Sequence record: SRR20825006_1019
Reading direction: 5' to 3' (one strand)
DNA: 64,000 bases
The notes beneath the pieces were generated by a model that saw only the letters and a list, made by a program, of their open reading frames with translations, ran no database searches and was not told the DNA's origin. Position numbers and translations under genes: made by a program. Numbering within the stretch: the stretch's first letter is position 1; each line of letters opens with the position of its first letter. This document shows positions 1 through 10,246 of this stretch, in pieces.

Positions 1-4
1 AACC

Positions 5-66
5 TGTAGCTCGGTGGTCCCCCACCGAGAGCTGATTCTCATTCACGACGGAGACCGCCGTGCCAC
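5..66. repeat. REP-like inverted doublet (REPIN/BIME-like) downstream of leuS
   Basis: TGTAG followed by hairpin CTCGGTGG-tccc-CCACCGAG (10-29). The opposite strand carries a related unit TGTGGCACGGCGGTCTCCGTCGTG (about 44-66). A GTAG/GTGG tetranucleotide plus a short palindrome is the REP signature. Confidence 0.55.
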
Positions 67-72
67 AGGAAG

Positions 73-2925
73 TCACTTGACGACCAGGTTCACCATGCGG
101 CCGGGGACGGCGATCGTTTTGACAACCTTCTTGTCGCCGATCGCGTTTTGAACCGCAGGATCTGCGAGCGCTGCTTCGCCCATCTCGTTCGGTTTCGCAT
201 CGGGTGACAACGAGATCTTCGCCTTGACCTTCCCGTTGATCTGAACCGGAATCTCGATGCTGGACTGAACCAATGCGGCTTCGTCCCACTTCGGCCAAGG
301 CTGCAGCGAAATCGATTCGTTGTGACCGAGGTGCTTCCACAGCTCTTCGCACATGTGGGGTGCGTAGGGAGCCAGCAAGATCAGGAACGATTCCATCGCT
401 TCACGAGGTCGCGTTTCGCAGCGTGTGAAGTGGTTGGTGAATTCCATCATCTTCGCAATCGCCGTGTTGAAACTCATCGCCTCGTTGTCTTCGGTGACCT
501 TGCGAATCGTTTGGTGCAGCACGCGAAGTTGCTCTTCATCGCAGGCCGTGTCCACCACCGCGTCGGAAACCTTCAGCTCGTCCTCGGGCTCGTCGATGAT
601 CATCCGCCAGACGCGATCGAGGAAGCTGCGAACGCCGCCGACGCCGTTCATCGCCCAAGGCTTGGTCGCCTCCAGTGGGCCCATGAACATCTCGTACAAA
701 CGCAATGAGTCCGCGCCATAGTCGCGAACGACCGAGTCTGGGTTGACCACGTTGCCGCGGCTCTTACTCATCTTGAATGCGCGACTGTCGACCTTGATCG
801 AGGCGTCGGATGCCAAGACAAATCCTTCGCCTTTCTTGACGACTTGTTCTTCCGTCAACGAAACGATTTCGACTTGTTCGCCGGTGGCCTTGTGAACGCG
901 GTTGCCCTCGGCGTCTTTCTTGACGTCTTTCGTGGAGACGTGTTTGCCGGACGGATCCACGAAGCTGGTGAATTCAACCTCACCCAGAATCATGCCTTGA
1001 TTGACGAGTTTGCCAAACGGTTCGGGGCAAGTCACATGGCCGCGATCGAACAGGACTTTGTGCCAGAACCTTGAGTACAGCAAGTGCAACACAGCGTGCT
1101 CAGCACCACCGACGTACAAGTCAACCGGCATCCAATCCTTTTCCTTTTGCGGATCGATCAATGCGTCGCTGTTCTTGGGATCGATGTACCGCAAGTAGTA
1201 CCAGCACGAACCGGCCCACTGCGGCATCGTGTTGGTTTCGCGGCGGTAGCGTTTGCCGTCGAGCTCCACGATCAACCAATCGTCATCGGCTTTCGCGAGC
1301 GGTGGCTCGGGGCGTCCGTGAGGTTTGAAGTCCGCCAGTTCCGGCAACGTCACCGGCAATTGATCGTCGGGGACCAAGCGACGCACGCCGGTCGCGTTGC
1401 CATCGGCGTCAATTTCATGCAAGACGGGGAAGGGCTCGCCCCAGAAACGCTGGCGGCTGAACAACCAATCCCGCAGCTTGTAATTGACGGCTTCGCAGGC
1501 CAAGCCTTGTTTGGCCAATTCCGCGGTCAAAGCGGCTTTGACTTCTGTGGTTGTTTTGCCATCGTATTCACCGCTGTTGATCGCAACGCCTTCCGCAGCG
1601 AAGCAAGCTTTGCCAGCCAAAATCTCTTCGCGTTGCTTGTGGTCCGCGGGAGGATCGACGACTGGGATGACAGGCAAATCAAACGCCACGGCGAATTCAA
1701 AATCGCGTTCGTCGTGAGCGGGGACGGCCATGATCGCGCCGGTTCCATAACCTGCCAACACATAGTCCGCGACCCAAATCGGGATGCTGCGTCCGTCGGC
1801 AGGGTTGATCGCGTACGAGCCCGTGAAGACGCCCGTTTTGGCTCGATCGCCATCGGTTCGTTCACGGTCGCTCTTAAACGAAGCCTTTTCGCGATAGGCG
1901 TCGACTTCGTCTTTCTGTTCGGGTTTGACCAACACCTCGATCAACGGGTGTTCGGGCGCGACAACCATGTAGGTTGCTCCGAACAGTGTGTCGGGACGCG
2001 TCGTGTAAACACGCAAGCAATCCTTGCCGGGATCGGTTGGAAAGCCTTCACTTTCGCGAGCTCGCTTGAATGCAACGAACGGACCGGTGTCGTCGCCGGC
2101 GGCACCGCGTTGCAAGTAGAAGTCGACTTCGCCACCGGTGCTGCGGCCAATCCAATCGGACTGCAATTTCTTGATGCCGGTTGGCCAATCGAGATCGTCC
2201 AAACCGTCCAACAGACGTTCGGCGTAATCTGTGATCCGCAACATCCATTGCCGCAGGGGAATCCGTTTGACCGGATGCCCACCGACTTCACTTTTGCCAT
2301 CGACCACTTCTTCGTTGGCCAACACCGTGCCGAGTTTTGGGCACCAGTTCACCAAGGCGTCATCGAGGTAAGCCAATCGCTTTGAATCGCGATACTGCTC
2401 GATTGCCAACTCGCCTTCCGCGGTGACTTCGGCAGGGATCGGCAACTCCGAGATCGGCCGGCCTTTTTGTTGGTCGTGGTCGAACCAGGTGTCGTACAAC
2501 ACGCCGAAGATCCACTGCGTCCAGCGGAAGTACTCTTCGTCGGTGGTCGCCAAGACTCGGTCCCAGTCGTAGCTGAAACCGAGCATCTTCAATTGGCGAG
2601 TGAAGTTGTCGATGTTGCGTTGAGTTTGAACGCGAGGGTGCTCGCCCGTCTTGATCGCATGCTCTTCGGCGGGCAATCCAAACGCGTCGAATCCCATCGG
2701 GTGCAAAACCGATTCCCCGCGAGCCCGTGCGAATCGCGAAACGATGTCGGTCGCCGTGTAGCCTTCTGGGTGCCCGACGTGCAATCCGTCACCACTGGGG
2801 TAGGGGAACATGTCCAGCACGTAGCGTTTCTTTTCGCCGACTTTTTCGGGCGTGGCGAAAGTGTGGTGTTCGTCCCAGTAGGCTTGCCAGCGAGGTTCGA
2901 TTTCGTTGGGGTTGTAGCGGACCAT
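73..2925 (-). CDS. leuS: Leucyl-tRNA synthetase
   Basis: 950 aa; MFPYPSG..LHVGH (HIGH variant), KMSKS, CP1 editing domain ([22 protein letters not shown]), C-terminal VQINGK. Confidence 0.98.
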   Translation of the reverse strand: MVRYNPNEIEPRWQAYWDEHHTFATPEKVGEKKRYVLDMFPYPSGDGLHVGHPEGYTATDIVSRFARARGESVLHPMGFDAFGLPAEEHAIKTGEHPRVQTQRNIDNFTRQLKMLGFSYDWDRVLATTDEEYFRWTQWIFGVLYDTWFDHDQQKGRPISELPIPAEVTAEGELAIEQYRDSKRLAYLDDALVNWCPKLGTVLANEEVVDGKSEVGGHPVKRIPLRQWMLRITDYAERLLDGLDDLDWPTGIKKLQSDWIGRSTGGEVDFYLQRGAAGDDTGPFVAFKRARESEGFPTDPGKDCLRVYTTRPDTLFGATYMVVAPEHPLIEVLVKPEQKDEVDAYREKASFKSDRERTDGDRAKTGVFTGSYAINPADGRSIPIWVADYVLAGYGTGAIMAVPAHDERDFEFAVAFDLPVIPVVDPPADHKQREEILAGKACFAAEGVAINSGEYDGKTTTEVKAALTAELAKQGLACEAVNYKLRDWLFSRQRFWGEPFPVLHEIDADGNATGVRRLVPDDQLPVTLPELADFKPHGRPEPPLAKADDDWLIVELDGKRYRRETNTMPQWAGSCWYYLRYIDPKNSDALIDPQKEKDWMPVDLYVGGAEHAVLHLLYSRFWHKVLFDRGHVTCPEPFGKLVNQGMILGEVEFTSFVDPSGKHVSTKDVKKDAEGNRVHKATGEQVEIVSLTEEQVVKKGEGFVLASDASIKVDSRAFKMSKSRGNVVNPDSVVRDYGADSLRLYEMFMGPLEATKPWAMNGVGGVRSFLDRVWRMIIDEPEDELKVSDAVVDTACDEEQLRVLHQTIRKVTEDNEAMSFNTAIAKMMEFTNHFTRCETRPREAMESFLILLAPYAPHMCEELWKHLGHNESISLQPWPKWDEAALVQSSIEIPVQINGKVKAKISLSPDAKPNEMGEAALADPAVQNAIGDKKVVKTIAVPGRMVNLVVK

Positions 2926-3116
2926 GTCGTCTTAGCGATGCGGGGAAGGGCAGGGCAGAGCAGGGCAGGGCACTCGCGAAGAAAAAACGACCACCTTGCG
3001 TTGCAAACAGGTTCCCTCAGGGGGCGTTTTCGGGCAAGCGGTCTGGTGCGAGAGCTGCGAGGGAGGAGAGCTGGATGCGGCGCGTGGGGTTCGCTGGATC
3101 GTTCGGTTCGGAGCGG

Positions 3117-4058
3117 TCAGGCGACGCCGATCGCACGGATCAGAACCAGCACGCTCGCCGCGACCACCAAGCTCAGGGCAGCCGTTCGTCGCAACCAGAC
3201 TCCTGCGGGTTGGGTCACCGCGACCCATTCGGCTCGAAACGCCATCTCCGTCCAATTCTCGCCCTCGTCTTGAGCCAGCGACGCTTCTTCTTTCTGTTCG
3301 CTGATGCCCAGCGATGCGAGTTCCAACCGGCGGGCAGGGCAGGTCTCGACCCAGGTCCAGCCCGTGATGGCGACCATGAGAGCCACGCCGATCGCCCAGG
3401 CCCAGGCTCGAGTCGGCCACGACATGGGCAGCGCGCTCACCTCGATGGAGTTCGCAAACATCGCGATGCGATCCGCGTTGGCTCGCTCGTATCCGGCCAA
3501 CCATTCGTTGGTGCGTTCAGTTTCGCTCTGCCAAAAAGTGGGCCACTTGGACGCCGCAGTGGACTTTTCTAAAGACTGCTCAGCCGACGAATCGGGCATC
3601 GAGTGGCTGGCCAATCGAAGTGGCGATTCCTGATCGCTCTCGTTCAAAGCGACTCGGTCCTGTGCGGCTTTTGCGTAGAAGGCTGCCACTTCGCTTCGCC
3701 AACGCACCCATCCCACATTGGCAGATGCTTTGGGCTGTTGAGCGTCCAGCAGACGTTTGCGAAACCCGTCCACGTTGTCGCTGGTCACAATGCGGTGTGA
3801 CCATTCGGTGGCATTGAGATCAGCCGCCGACGTTTCGTTGCGAACCGCCTGCGGATAAGAAACCCGATGCTGGGTTGGCCTCGGCGGCCAGATTGCCATC
3901 ACCAATGTGAAACAGGCGATCGAAGTGACCGCGATGCCGACGTGCGGGTTGCGTGTTAGGATTCTCAATGCAGCGAACTTGCCAGACACGAAACGATGCC
4001 ACTGAAAATGCGAGGGATCGGCGGTTTGAACGTGCCCGAAGATCTCGAGACCGTCCAT
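3117..4058 (-). CDS. Hypothetical membrane protein
   Basis: 313 aa ORF with about 3 hydrophobic segments; fills the gap between leuS and trpF; no recognised motif. Confidence 0.65.
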   Translation of the reverse strand: MDGLEIFGHVQTADPSHFQWHRFVSGKFAALRILTRNPHVGIAVTSIACFTLVMAIWPPRPTQHRVSYPQAVRNETSAADLNATEWSHRIVTSDNVDGFRKRLLDAQQPKASANVGWVRWRSEVAAFYAKAAQDRVALNESDQESPLRLASHSMPDSSAEQSLEKSTAASKWPTFWQSETERTNEWLAGYERANADRIAMFANSIEVSALPMSWPTRAWAWAIGVALMVAITGWTWVETCPARRLELASLGISEQKEEASLAQDEGENWTEMAFRAEWVAVTQPAGVWLRRTAALSLVVAASVLVLIRAIGVA

Positions 4059-4151
4059 CTTGATGATCGGTCAGTTCCACTTCGGTGATCCAGGAAACTT
4101 GAGACGATTGTGACAACCTTGCCTCCCGTCGGCCCCAGCGATCCCCCCACC

Positions 4152-4847
4152 ATGCAACCATCTCGGGCTCCGTTTGCAATCAAAATCTGCGGTATGCGAA
4201 GCGTGCAGGATGTGCGATCCGTTGCCGATGCTGGAGCCGACGCGGTCGGATTGAACTTCTACGAACCCAGCGTCCGTTCGCTCAACCCCGATGCGGAGGA
4301 AACCATCCGAATCAACGAAGTCGCTCGAGAAGTGGGGCTGACGCGAGTTGGATTGTTCGTCAACCATGACTTGGAGTTCATCCAGCGGGTGGCTGGTTCG
4401 TTGCAGCTCGATTGGATCCAGTTGCATGGTGACGAACCTGTGTCGCTGGCAGAAGATCTGGTGCGAGCTGGCCAAAGTATCTTGCGAGCGATTCGGTTGC
4501 CCCGCGGGAAACTCAAGCTGGGACAGATTGATGATGTCATCGGCAAGTGGAATGAGGTGGATGTCTCGTACTTGCTCGACGCGGACGCGGGAGCCTCGTT
4601 TGGAGGAGGCGGTCAGCCTTTGGATTGGCCGAGCATACGAGCGTGGGCGGATCGTCGAGATGATTCGGCGACAGGATGGGTGTTGGCCGGAGGTCTCAAT
4701 CCCGAAAACGTGCGAGAAGCGATTCAGGTCAGCGGGGCGACCAGCGTCGATGTCGCCAGCGGGGTCGAGCAGCCCAAAGGTCGCAAAAACGCCGAGAAAA
4801 TCCGCCAATTCGTCGCAGCCGTCCAGCCCGGTCAAGCGACTCGATGA
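4152..4847 (+). CDS. trpF: Phosphoribosylanthranilate isomerase
   Basis: IKICG, GADAVGLNF, IQLHGDE, LLDA, LAGGLNPENV, DVASGVE; ATG at 4152 preferred (ORF open from 4110). Confidence 0.95.
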   Translation: MQPSRAPFAIKICGMRSVQDVRSVADAGADAVGLNFYEPSVRSLNPDAEETIRINEVAREVGLTRVGLFVNHDLEFIQRVAGSLQLDWIQLHGDEPVSLAEDLVRAGQSILRAIRLPRGKLKLGQIDDVIGKWNEVDVSYLLDADAGASFGGGGQPLDWPSIRAWADRRDDSATGWVLAGGLNPENVREAIQVSGATSVDVASGVEQPKGRKNAEKIRQFVAAVQPGQATR

Positions 4848-4922
4848 TTCCAGCATGACTGGGCGTTGACGCCAGGCAGATTTGTGCCAAACTTTCCCGT
4901 CCAGCAAAGACCAACACAGCTC

Positions 4923-5007
<85 letters not shown>

Positions 5008-5011
5008 TCCA

Positions 5012-5260
5012 AAGAACCCCGTGATTCACGGGGTTTTTTCATGCGCGGACGGTATTTCCCGTCGTCGGCATTCCCGGCAGAATGGTCAGGAATGGACCCT
5101 GATTTACCACGGTTGCCTGAATCAGGTGCAACCAGTGGTGCAGCCGTTCATCTGATGGTGGGTTTCGTTTGAGATTCTGTGGCCACAGCGTCTTCCACAC
5201 CAAGCCCGGTGGTACGAGGTGTCGCGCTGGATTCGAGACGAGGTAGCGTTCGACAGCATT
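5012..5260 (-). pseudogene. Possible decayed C-terminal tail of an integrase gene abutting tRNA-Leu
   Basis: Minus strand reads AVE/(frameshift)LPRLESS...IR*TAAPLVAPDSGNRGKSGSIPDH...KKPRESRG into the tRNA. From recall, this resembles the tails of tRNA-targeting planctomycete integrases. No catalytic domain is visible. Confidence 0.3.
5015..5039 (+). terminator. Intrinsic terminator after tRNA-Leu
   Basis: AACCCCGTGA-t-TCACGGGGTT running into a T-tract. Confidence 0.75.
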
Positions 5261-5387
5261 TCCTGTTCGCCGAGCGTCGTATTGCTTCTGTGGTCGGCGG
5301 ACAGCGACGATGAACCGGACGCTAGTGCGTTTCGGCTGATGGGGGTGAGTGGCAGCATTCGCTGTTCTGAAGTGCGTCTGACCAAGA

Positions 5388-7070
5388 TCACTTTTCGAGA
5401 GCGATTGTCTCGGCGATATTTCTGGCGTGGTCTCGAACACGAATGTATGCATTCAGGGCGGCCATGAATGCGACGCTGACCACGGGCGGGATCGTGCCAG
5501 CGGAAAGTTCTTCCAAATGTTTCCGACGTAAAGCCTTCACCTGATCTCGGATGCGTTTGCCGCTAGCATCGGTGCTGGTCAAGATGTTGGGGTTGGAAGC
5601 TGATAAGGCCTCGTAAATATCATGGGTGTAGGTTTTTACGTGGCGATTGAGTGTTTCCAAGTCCGCTCGCTGAGACTCGGTGAAACGAAATCCGTCGCGT
5701 CTTAGCTTTCGATCAAACTTGTCTAAGTTGACGATGTAGTCACTGATGGATTCGTATTCATCGGCCAGTCGCAATTGCCGGCGTCCCTCTTCCGCCGTCG
5801 CGTGCGAGACGTTCCCGGAGAGCAAGTTGGTAATGAACGCAGCGACTTCGTCTTGGACCGAATCCAACACTCGTTCGCGTTGTCGTAGTCGGTCGCCGAG
5901 TTGCTTGTTGGGTTCGTCGGCTTGCATCAGTTCCAAATGCCAGTCGAGCATTTTTAGGCAACCGTCGCCCATCTTGAGGATCTCTTTGCGGGATTGCTCG
6001 ATCGCAAGAAGTGGCGTTTCCAAGATACGGATGTCTAGATCCGTTAGACGCGGTTTTTCTTTGTAAGACAGCGACGGAATGATCCGTTCCAGGAAACGCA
6101 CCATCGGCGTCAAGAATGGCATGAACAACAGTGTATTGCACACGTTGAAAACGCTGTGTGTCGCCGCGATGGCTGCGACCGTATTGGGATAGGTTTCGTT
6201 CCCATCGACCAAGACTGATTCAGTTACGTCGACACCGACGATGCCTTGAATCAGTTGGATGTACCACTGGAAGATCAACGTGATCCAGAACACGCCAATC
6301 AGATTGAAGATCACGTGAAAGTATGCGGCACGTTTTGCATTCGTAGTGGTTCCTAGCGACGCTAGAAAAGCTGTGATCGTTGTTCCGAGGTTTTCACCCA
6401 AGATCAAAGCAGCGGCGGTCGGGTACGAGATCACGCCTTGGGTCGCTAGCGAGATTGTGATGCCGAGCGTTGCGGAGGAGGACTGGACCAACGTCGTGAG
6501 GACGCAGCCGACGAGAGCGCATTTCAGAACACCCACGTACGTGTCGGCTTGGAAACGTGCGAACCAAGCTTCGAAGTCAGGCATCTCTTTGATGATTGAA
6601 CAAGCGTCCTTCATCACTTCAAGCCCAAAGAACACCATGCCGATGCCCATCACAAACATCGCCCAGTAACGCCAGCGATCGTTGCGGGTGAACAGGTACA
6701 TGAATGCCGCAAAACCCAGCAGCGGCAACCCGTATTTGCCGATCTTCAAAACCAGAATCCAGCCGGTGATCGTCGTGCCAATATTGGCTCCCATGATCAC
6801 GCCGACCGCCTGTGACAAACTCATCACGCCACTGTTGACGAATCCGACAACCATCACCGTTGTGATCGAGCTGGATTGAACGATACAAGTCACGATAATG
6901 CCGACGGTCGTGGCGAAAACCCGATGGTTCGTGACCGCGCCGACCAAACGACGAAGGCTATTCCCAGCGACGGCCTGCATTCCGTCAGACATGTGCTTCA
7001 TGCCCAACAGAAAAATGCCTAGGCCGCCGGCCAGTTCGAAAATCATCTTGATCAGCGTGGAAGAATCCAA
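5388..7070 (-). CDS. Na+/phosphate cotransporter family protein (NptA/YjbB-like, PhoU-like C-terminus)
   Basis: GGLGIFLLGM, duplicated QSSS motif, GANIGTT/GENLGTT repeats, helical C-terminal domain; start could be ATG 7046. Confidence 0.92.
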   Translation of the reverse strand: MDSSTLIKMIFELAGGLGIFLLGMKHMSDGMQAVAGNSLRRLVGAVTNHRVFATTVGIIVTCIVQSSSITTVMVVGFVNSGVMSLSQAVGVIMGANIGTTITGWILVLKIGKYGLPLLGFAAFMYLFTRNDRWRYWAMFVMGIGMVFFGLEVMKDACSIIKEMPDFEAWFARFQADTYVGVLKCALVGCVLTTLVQSSSATLGITISLATQGVISYPTAAALILGENLGTTITAFLASLGTTTNAKRAAYFHVIFNLIGVFWITLIFQWYIQLIQGIVGVDVTESVLVDGNETYPNTVAAIAATHSVFNVCNTLLFMPFLTPMVRFLERIIPSLSYKEKPRLTDLDIRILETPLLAIEQSRKEILKMGDGCLKMLDWHLELMQADEPNKQLGDRLRQRERVLDSVQDEVAAFITNLLSGNVSHATAEEGRRQLRLADEYESISDYIVNLDKFDRKLRRDGFRFTESQRADLETLNRHVKTYTHDIYEALSASNPNILTSTDASGKRIRDQVKALRRKHLEELSAGTIPPVVSVAFMAALNAYIRVRDHARNIAETIALEK

Positions 7071-7100
7071 GGGTTTCCCGTCCCAAATCTTCGGAATTGG

Positions 7101-7120
7101 ACTGTTAAGATCGCGTGAAG
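7101..7120 (-). promoter_or_regulatory. Pho-box-like direct repeat upstream of the Na/Pi symporter
   Basis: Minus strand CTTCACGCGAT-CTTAACAGT: half-sites 11 bp apart. Confidence 0.4.
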
Positions 7121-7644
7121 ACGCGGCGATGCGGCGGGATTGTAACCTGACAGACCACTTTTGGGGTGCGTTCGATTGAATTTAACGGCGAGCGTGAAGG
7201 GGGTTGGTTGCCCCGGAATAGCACTGCCAGCCGGCATTGCACCACAAGAATTGTCCCCGCCAAATCAGCTGATTCGATTGGCTTTCAAGATCCGCACCGC
7301 CGCCTAGACGCGGCCTTTTCATTTGATGTGGTGTCAACAGCGAGGGTTTAGTTCTTGTTTGGTCGCTTCCATGGACTGGCCCCGCTCTAAGCGAAGGGCA
7401 CCAGAAGGTTGATTGGCAAACGTTTCAGTGTGCCGGAAATCTCGCACCTGTGGCTCGCCGGTTTTGCGTGTCAACCAATGTGTCGTTTTCCATCGCAGCG
7501 AAGCCGATTCGAGGCTGGGGATTTCAGCTCGATCATGCTGCCATGATTGGTTCATATGCTAGCGTAGGCACGCAGCGCGGCGGCCGTTTTGTATTTCATC
7601 GGGGGCGTTCTTCGGAAAGCAGAAGAGTTGGCGAGGACCCGCGT

Positions 7645-8466
7645 CTACGACTTCTCTGCTTTCACATAGTCGCCACGGCTGAAGTATTTCTCGAGCCAAA
7701 CGTACGCAACGATGAAGAAGTAGCGACTTCCCATCTCTCGGACTTTAAGTTTCGCCAGTCCAGTGCGTCGATTCCGCCACGTAATAGGAATGACAGTCCA
7801 TGAATAGCCACGTGCGATGGACTTCAGTGGTAATTCGACAGTCAGATTAAAATGAGGCGAAAGAAATGGTCGGCATCCGTCCAGCGTAGTCCGCCGATAT
7901 GCTTTGAAGGCATTTGTCGTGTCGTTCAGCTTGATTCGAAAAAGGAAGCGGATCAAATGATTGGCTGTTCGATTCAAGAACAATTTCAGCCAGGGATAAT
8001 CGACAACACCCCCACCTTTCACGAATCGACTTCCGAAGACGGCATCGAAACCTTCGTTCAATAAGTTCCAGTAGCGGACGACGTCGCGGCAATCATCTGA
8101 TTCATCAGCCATCATGATGACAACGGCATCGCCTTCGGACTGATCAATTCCATACCGAATTGCAAGTCCGAAGCCGTGTTCGCCAACGTTTTGCACGGGC
8201 TTCAAAGCGGGGAGCGTATTTGCCATTTCGGATAGAATTGCCCAAGTTCTGTCTGAGCTTCCGTCATCGACGACGACAATTTCGTGAGGTACCTCTTTGA
8301 GTCGTAGTTCCAAATGCAGGTGTTCGACACTGGAGCGAATGCAGCCTTCTTCGTCTCGAGCAGGAATAACAACCGAAAGAAGCTTCAATTCGTCTACGCC
8401 TTTGTCCGGAGAGGCACTTTCTATCTCAGGGCCTGGGATCGCTTGTTCTTTTTGTTCTTCGGGCAC
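7645..8466 (-). CDS. Glycosyltransferase family 2 (DPM1-like, polyprenol-phosphate type)
   Basis: LSVVIPARDEE, VVDDGSSDRT, GFGLAIRYG, MMADESD, FGSRF. Confidence 0.9.
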   Translation of the reverse strand: MPEEQKEQAIPGPEIESASPDKGVDELKLLSVVIPARDEEGCIRSSVEHLHLELRLKEVPHEIVVVDDGSSDRTWAILSEMANTLPALKPVQNVGEHGFGLAIRYGIDQSEGDAVVIMMADESDDCRDVVRYWNLLNEGFDAVFGSRFVKGGGVVDYPWLKLFLNRTANHLIRFLFRIKLNDTTNAFKAYRRTTLDGCRPFLSPHFNLTVELPLKSIARGYSWTVIPITWRNRRTGLAKLKVREMGSRYFFIVAYVWLEKYFSRGDYVKAEKS

Positions 8467-8576
8467 CGGGTTAAACCACTTTGTTTCGCATTGATTCCAC
8501 GGGTGAATCTATCTGAGGTCGTGATTGAGGGACAGGAAGATGGATTCGTTGCAGTGTGAGGCATGGCTGCAGGCTG

Positions 8577-9641
8577 TCATGATGAGATGTCAAGCCAGTC
8601 AGGGTTTTGCTCCGCATAGTCCGCGATCTCCGCGAAAATTTCCTCTTTCTCTGTTTCCGGACGCCATCCCCAAGTCTCTTTCGCCAGCTTATTGTCTAGT
8701 ACCACCCAAGGGAGGTCGAAAGGCCGATTGGTATGCTGAGATGAGACGGGGTGAATGCCAAAACGCCTGTCGCACCAAGCGGTGAGTTGCTGCAAAGAGA
8801 CTGCTGATTCGACCCCACCGGAAACGTTAGTAATCAAGGGCATCCCATGAAGTTCCGATTGCATTTGACGAGTAATGAGTGCCAGCAAGTCGCGTGGGTG
8901 GAGGCAATCACGAACCTGATGCCCGAGCGCGTCGAAACCAGTGTAGTGCAACGAACGACGGGCCTGATGGCTGTGGATCCAGAACGCGATGATTCCTTGG
9001 TCCGGCCGTCCAAATTGTCCAGCTCCCGCCAAAATGCCGCAGCGATTGACCAAACAAGGAAATCCAAAAGTCGCCGCGTATTCGAGTGCGATCTGTTCGG
9101 AGGCACGCTTGGTCGATCCATAAAGTGATACGGGTGGAGTGGTCGAGAAGCTTTCGCTGATACCAGCCTCGGTCATACCTTTGGGGAACGGTAGCTTGGG
9201 AACGTACGCACCGTCTCGAATTTCGATCGAAAGTTTCGCTAGTGGATGGATCGAATAAACACGACTGCTGCTTAGCAAAACAAGACCGGCCTGCGAGCGT
9301 TTGCAAAGCTCCAGCACGTTGAGTGTGCCGATCAGATTGTGCTCGACAAGCTGTCGACTGCTTGTTTGGCCATCAACACCAGCTAAGACGGAGGGCTTGG
9401 CCGCCGCATCGATCACCCAGTCGATGTCCCCAATGCAATCGAGGTCGGACGAGTTTCGTAAATCGCCGTGCAACACGTTGATACCACGCGACATCAAATC
9501 GCGACGATTGATGTCGCTTCCTGGACGAGCGAGGTTGTCGATCCCTGTGATTTCCCAATCCAGGTTATGTTCCGCGGCCAGTTTGGCGAGCGTGTTCCCA
9601 ACGAAACCACAGATCCCTGTGATAAAAACTCGCGTCGCCAC
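8577..9641 (-). CDS. NAD-dependent epimerase/dehydratase (CDP-paratose 2-epimerase-like extended SDR)
   Basis: ITGICGFVG, YGSTK (YxxxK), GQFGRPDQG, QVRDCLH; GTG at 9641 preceded by GGGAG. Confidence 0.85.
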   Translation of the reverse strand: MATRVFITGICGFVGNTLAKLAAEHNLDWEITGIDNLARPGSDINRRDLMSRGINVLHGDLRNSSDLDCIGDIDWVIDAAAKPSVLAGVDGQTSSRQLVEHNLIGTLNVLELCKRSQAGLVLLSSSRVYSIHPLAKLSIEIRDGAYVPKLPFPKGMTEAGISESFSTTPPVSLYGSTKRASEQIALEYAATFGFPCLVNRCGILAGAGQFGRPDQGIIAFWIHSHQARRSLHYTGFDALGHQVRDCLHPRDLLALITRQMQSELHGMPLITNVSGGVESAVSLQQLTAWCDRRFGIHPVSSQHTNRPFDLPWVVLDNKLAKETWGWRPETEKEEIFAEIADYAEQNPDWLDISS

Positions 9642-10246
9642 TCGATTCTCCCAATCCCAAAAAAACTTCGCACACATGTCCGAGCAACCGATCGCCTTGG
9701 TTCCATCATAGTCTGCAAGCGATAGCGAGGGCGATGCGGCTTAATGAGTAATCAGCCGGCACGGATCGGCAGTTGAGGCAGTTTTTAATTCGAATTGAAA
9801 CAACAGCAAGCGAATGAAGACGGTGAGAAGCTCGTTTACGCGGCCGGCGGATTGTTCGTCACGGTTGCTCGGCAAATGAATAGCTGCCGACGATCATCGA
9901 CTAAGCGGAATGCCTGTTGCATTTGAGAGGCTGATTTGGAAGAGACGATCGTAGAGCTTGGGATATCAATTGGACCGTGGGGGGGAGTCTGTTGGCTATG
10001 CATTGCCGACGCACGAGTCGGGGGAAGAGTTGGGGCGGGCGTCGCGAAATATTAACCGCGTGATTTGTTGCGGGGAACCATTCGCTTCACGGGGTGGGTC
10101 CAGGAAAACGAAGGAGCATGCGAGCGCAATCGGCTGAGGCGGCCTGTTGCCTTTCCGCTTGTTTCCCCCTCTCTGGCAGAGTCGCGTAGGACACCAGAGT
10201 TTAAGAGGGCGATGATTGGTGACTCAGTGACCAATCTGTTGGTGGT

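Noticed and set aside
1084-2385. 433-aa plus-strand ORF
   Set aside because: Antisense shadow of leuS; no motifs
7166-7351. 61-aa ORF (IEFNGEREGGWLP), possibly a gene fragment
   Set aside because: Only a vague resemblance to hypothetical proteins; cannot be supported without a search
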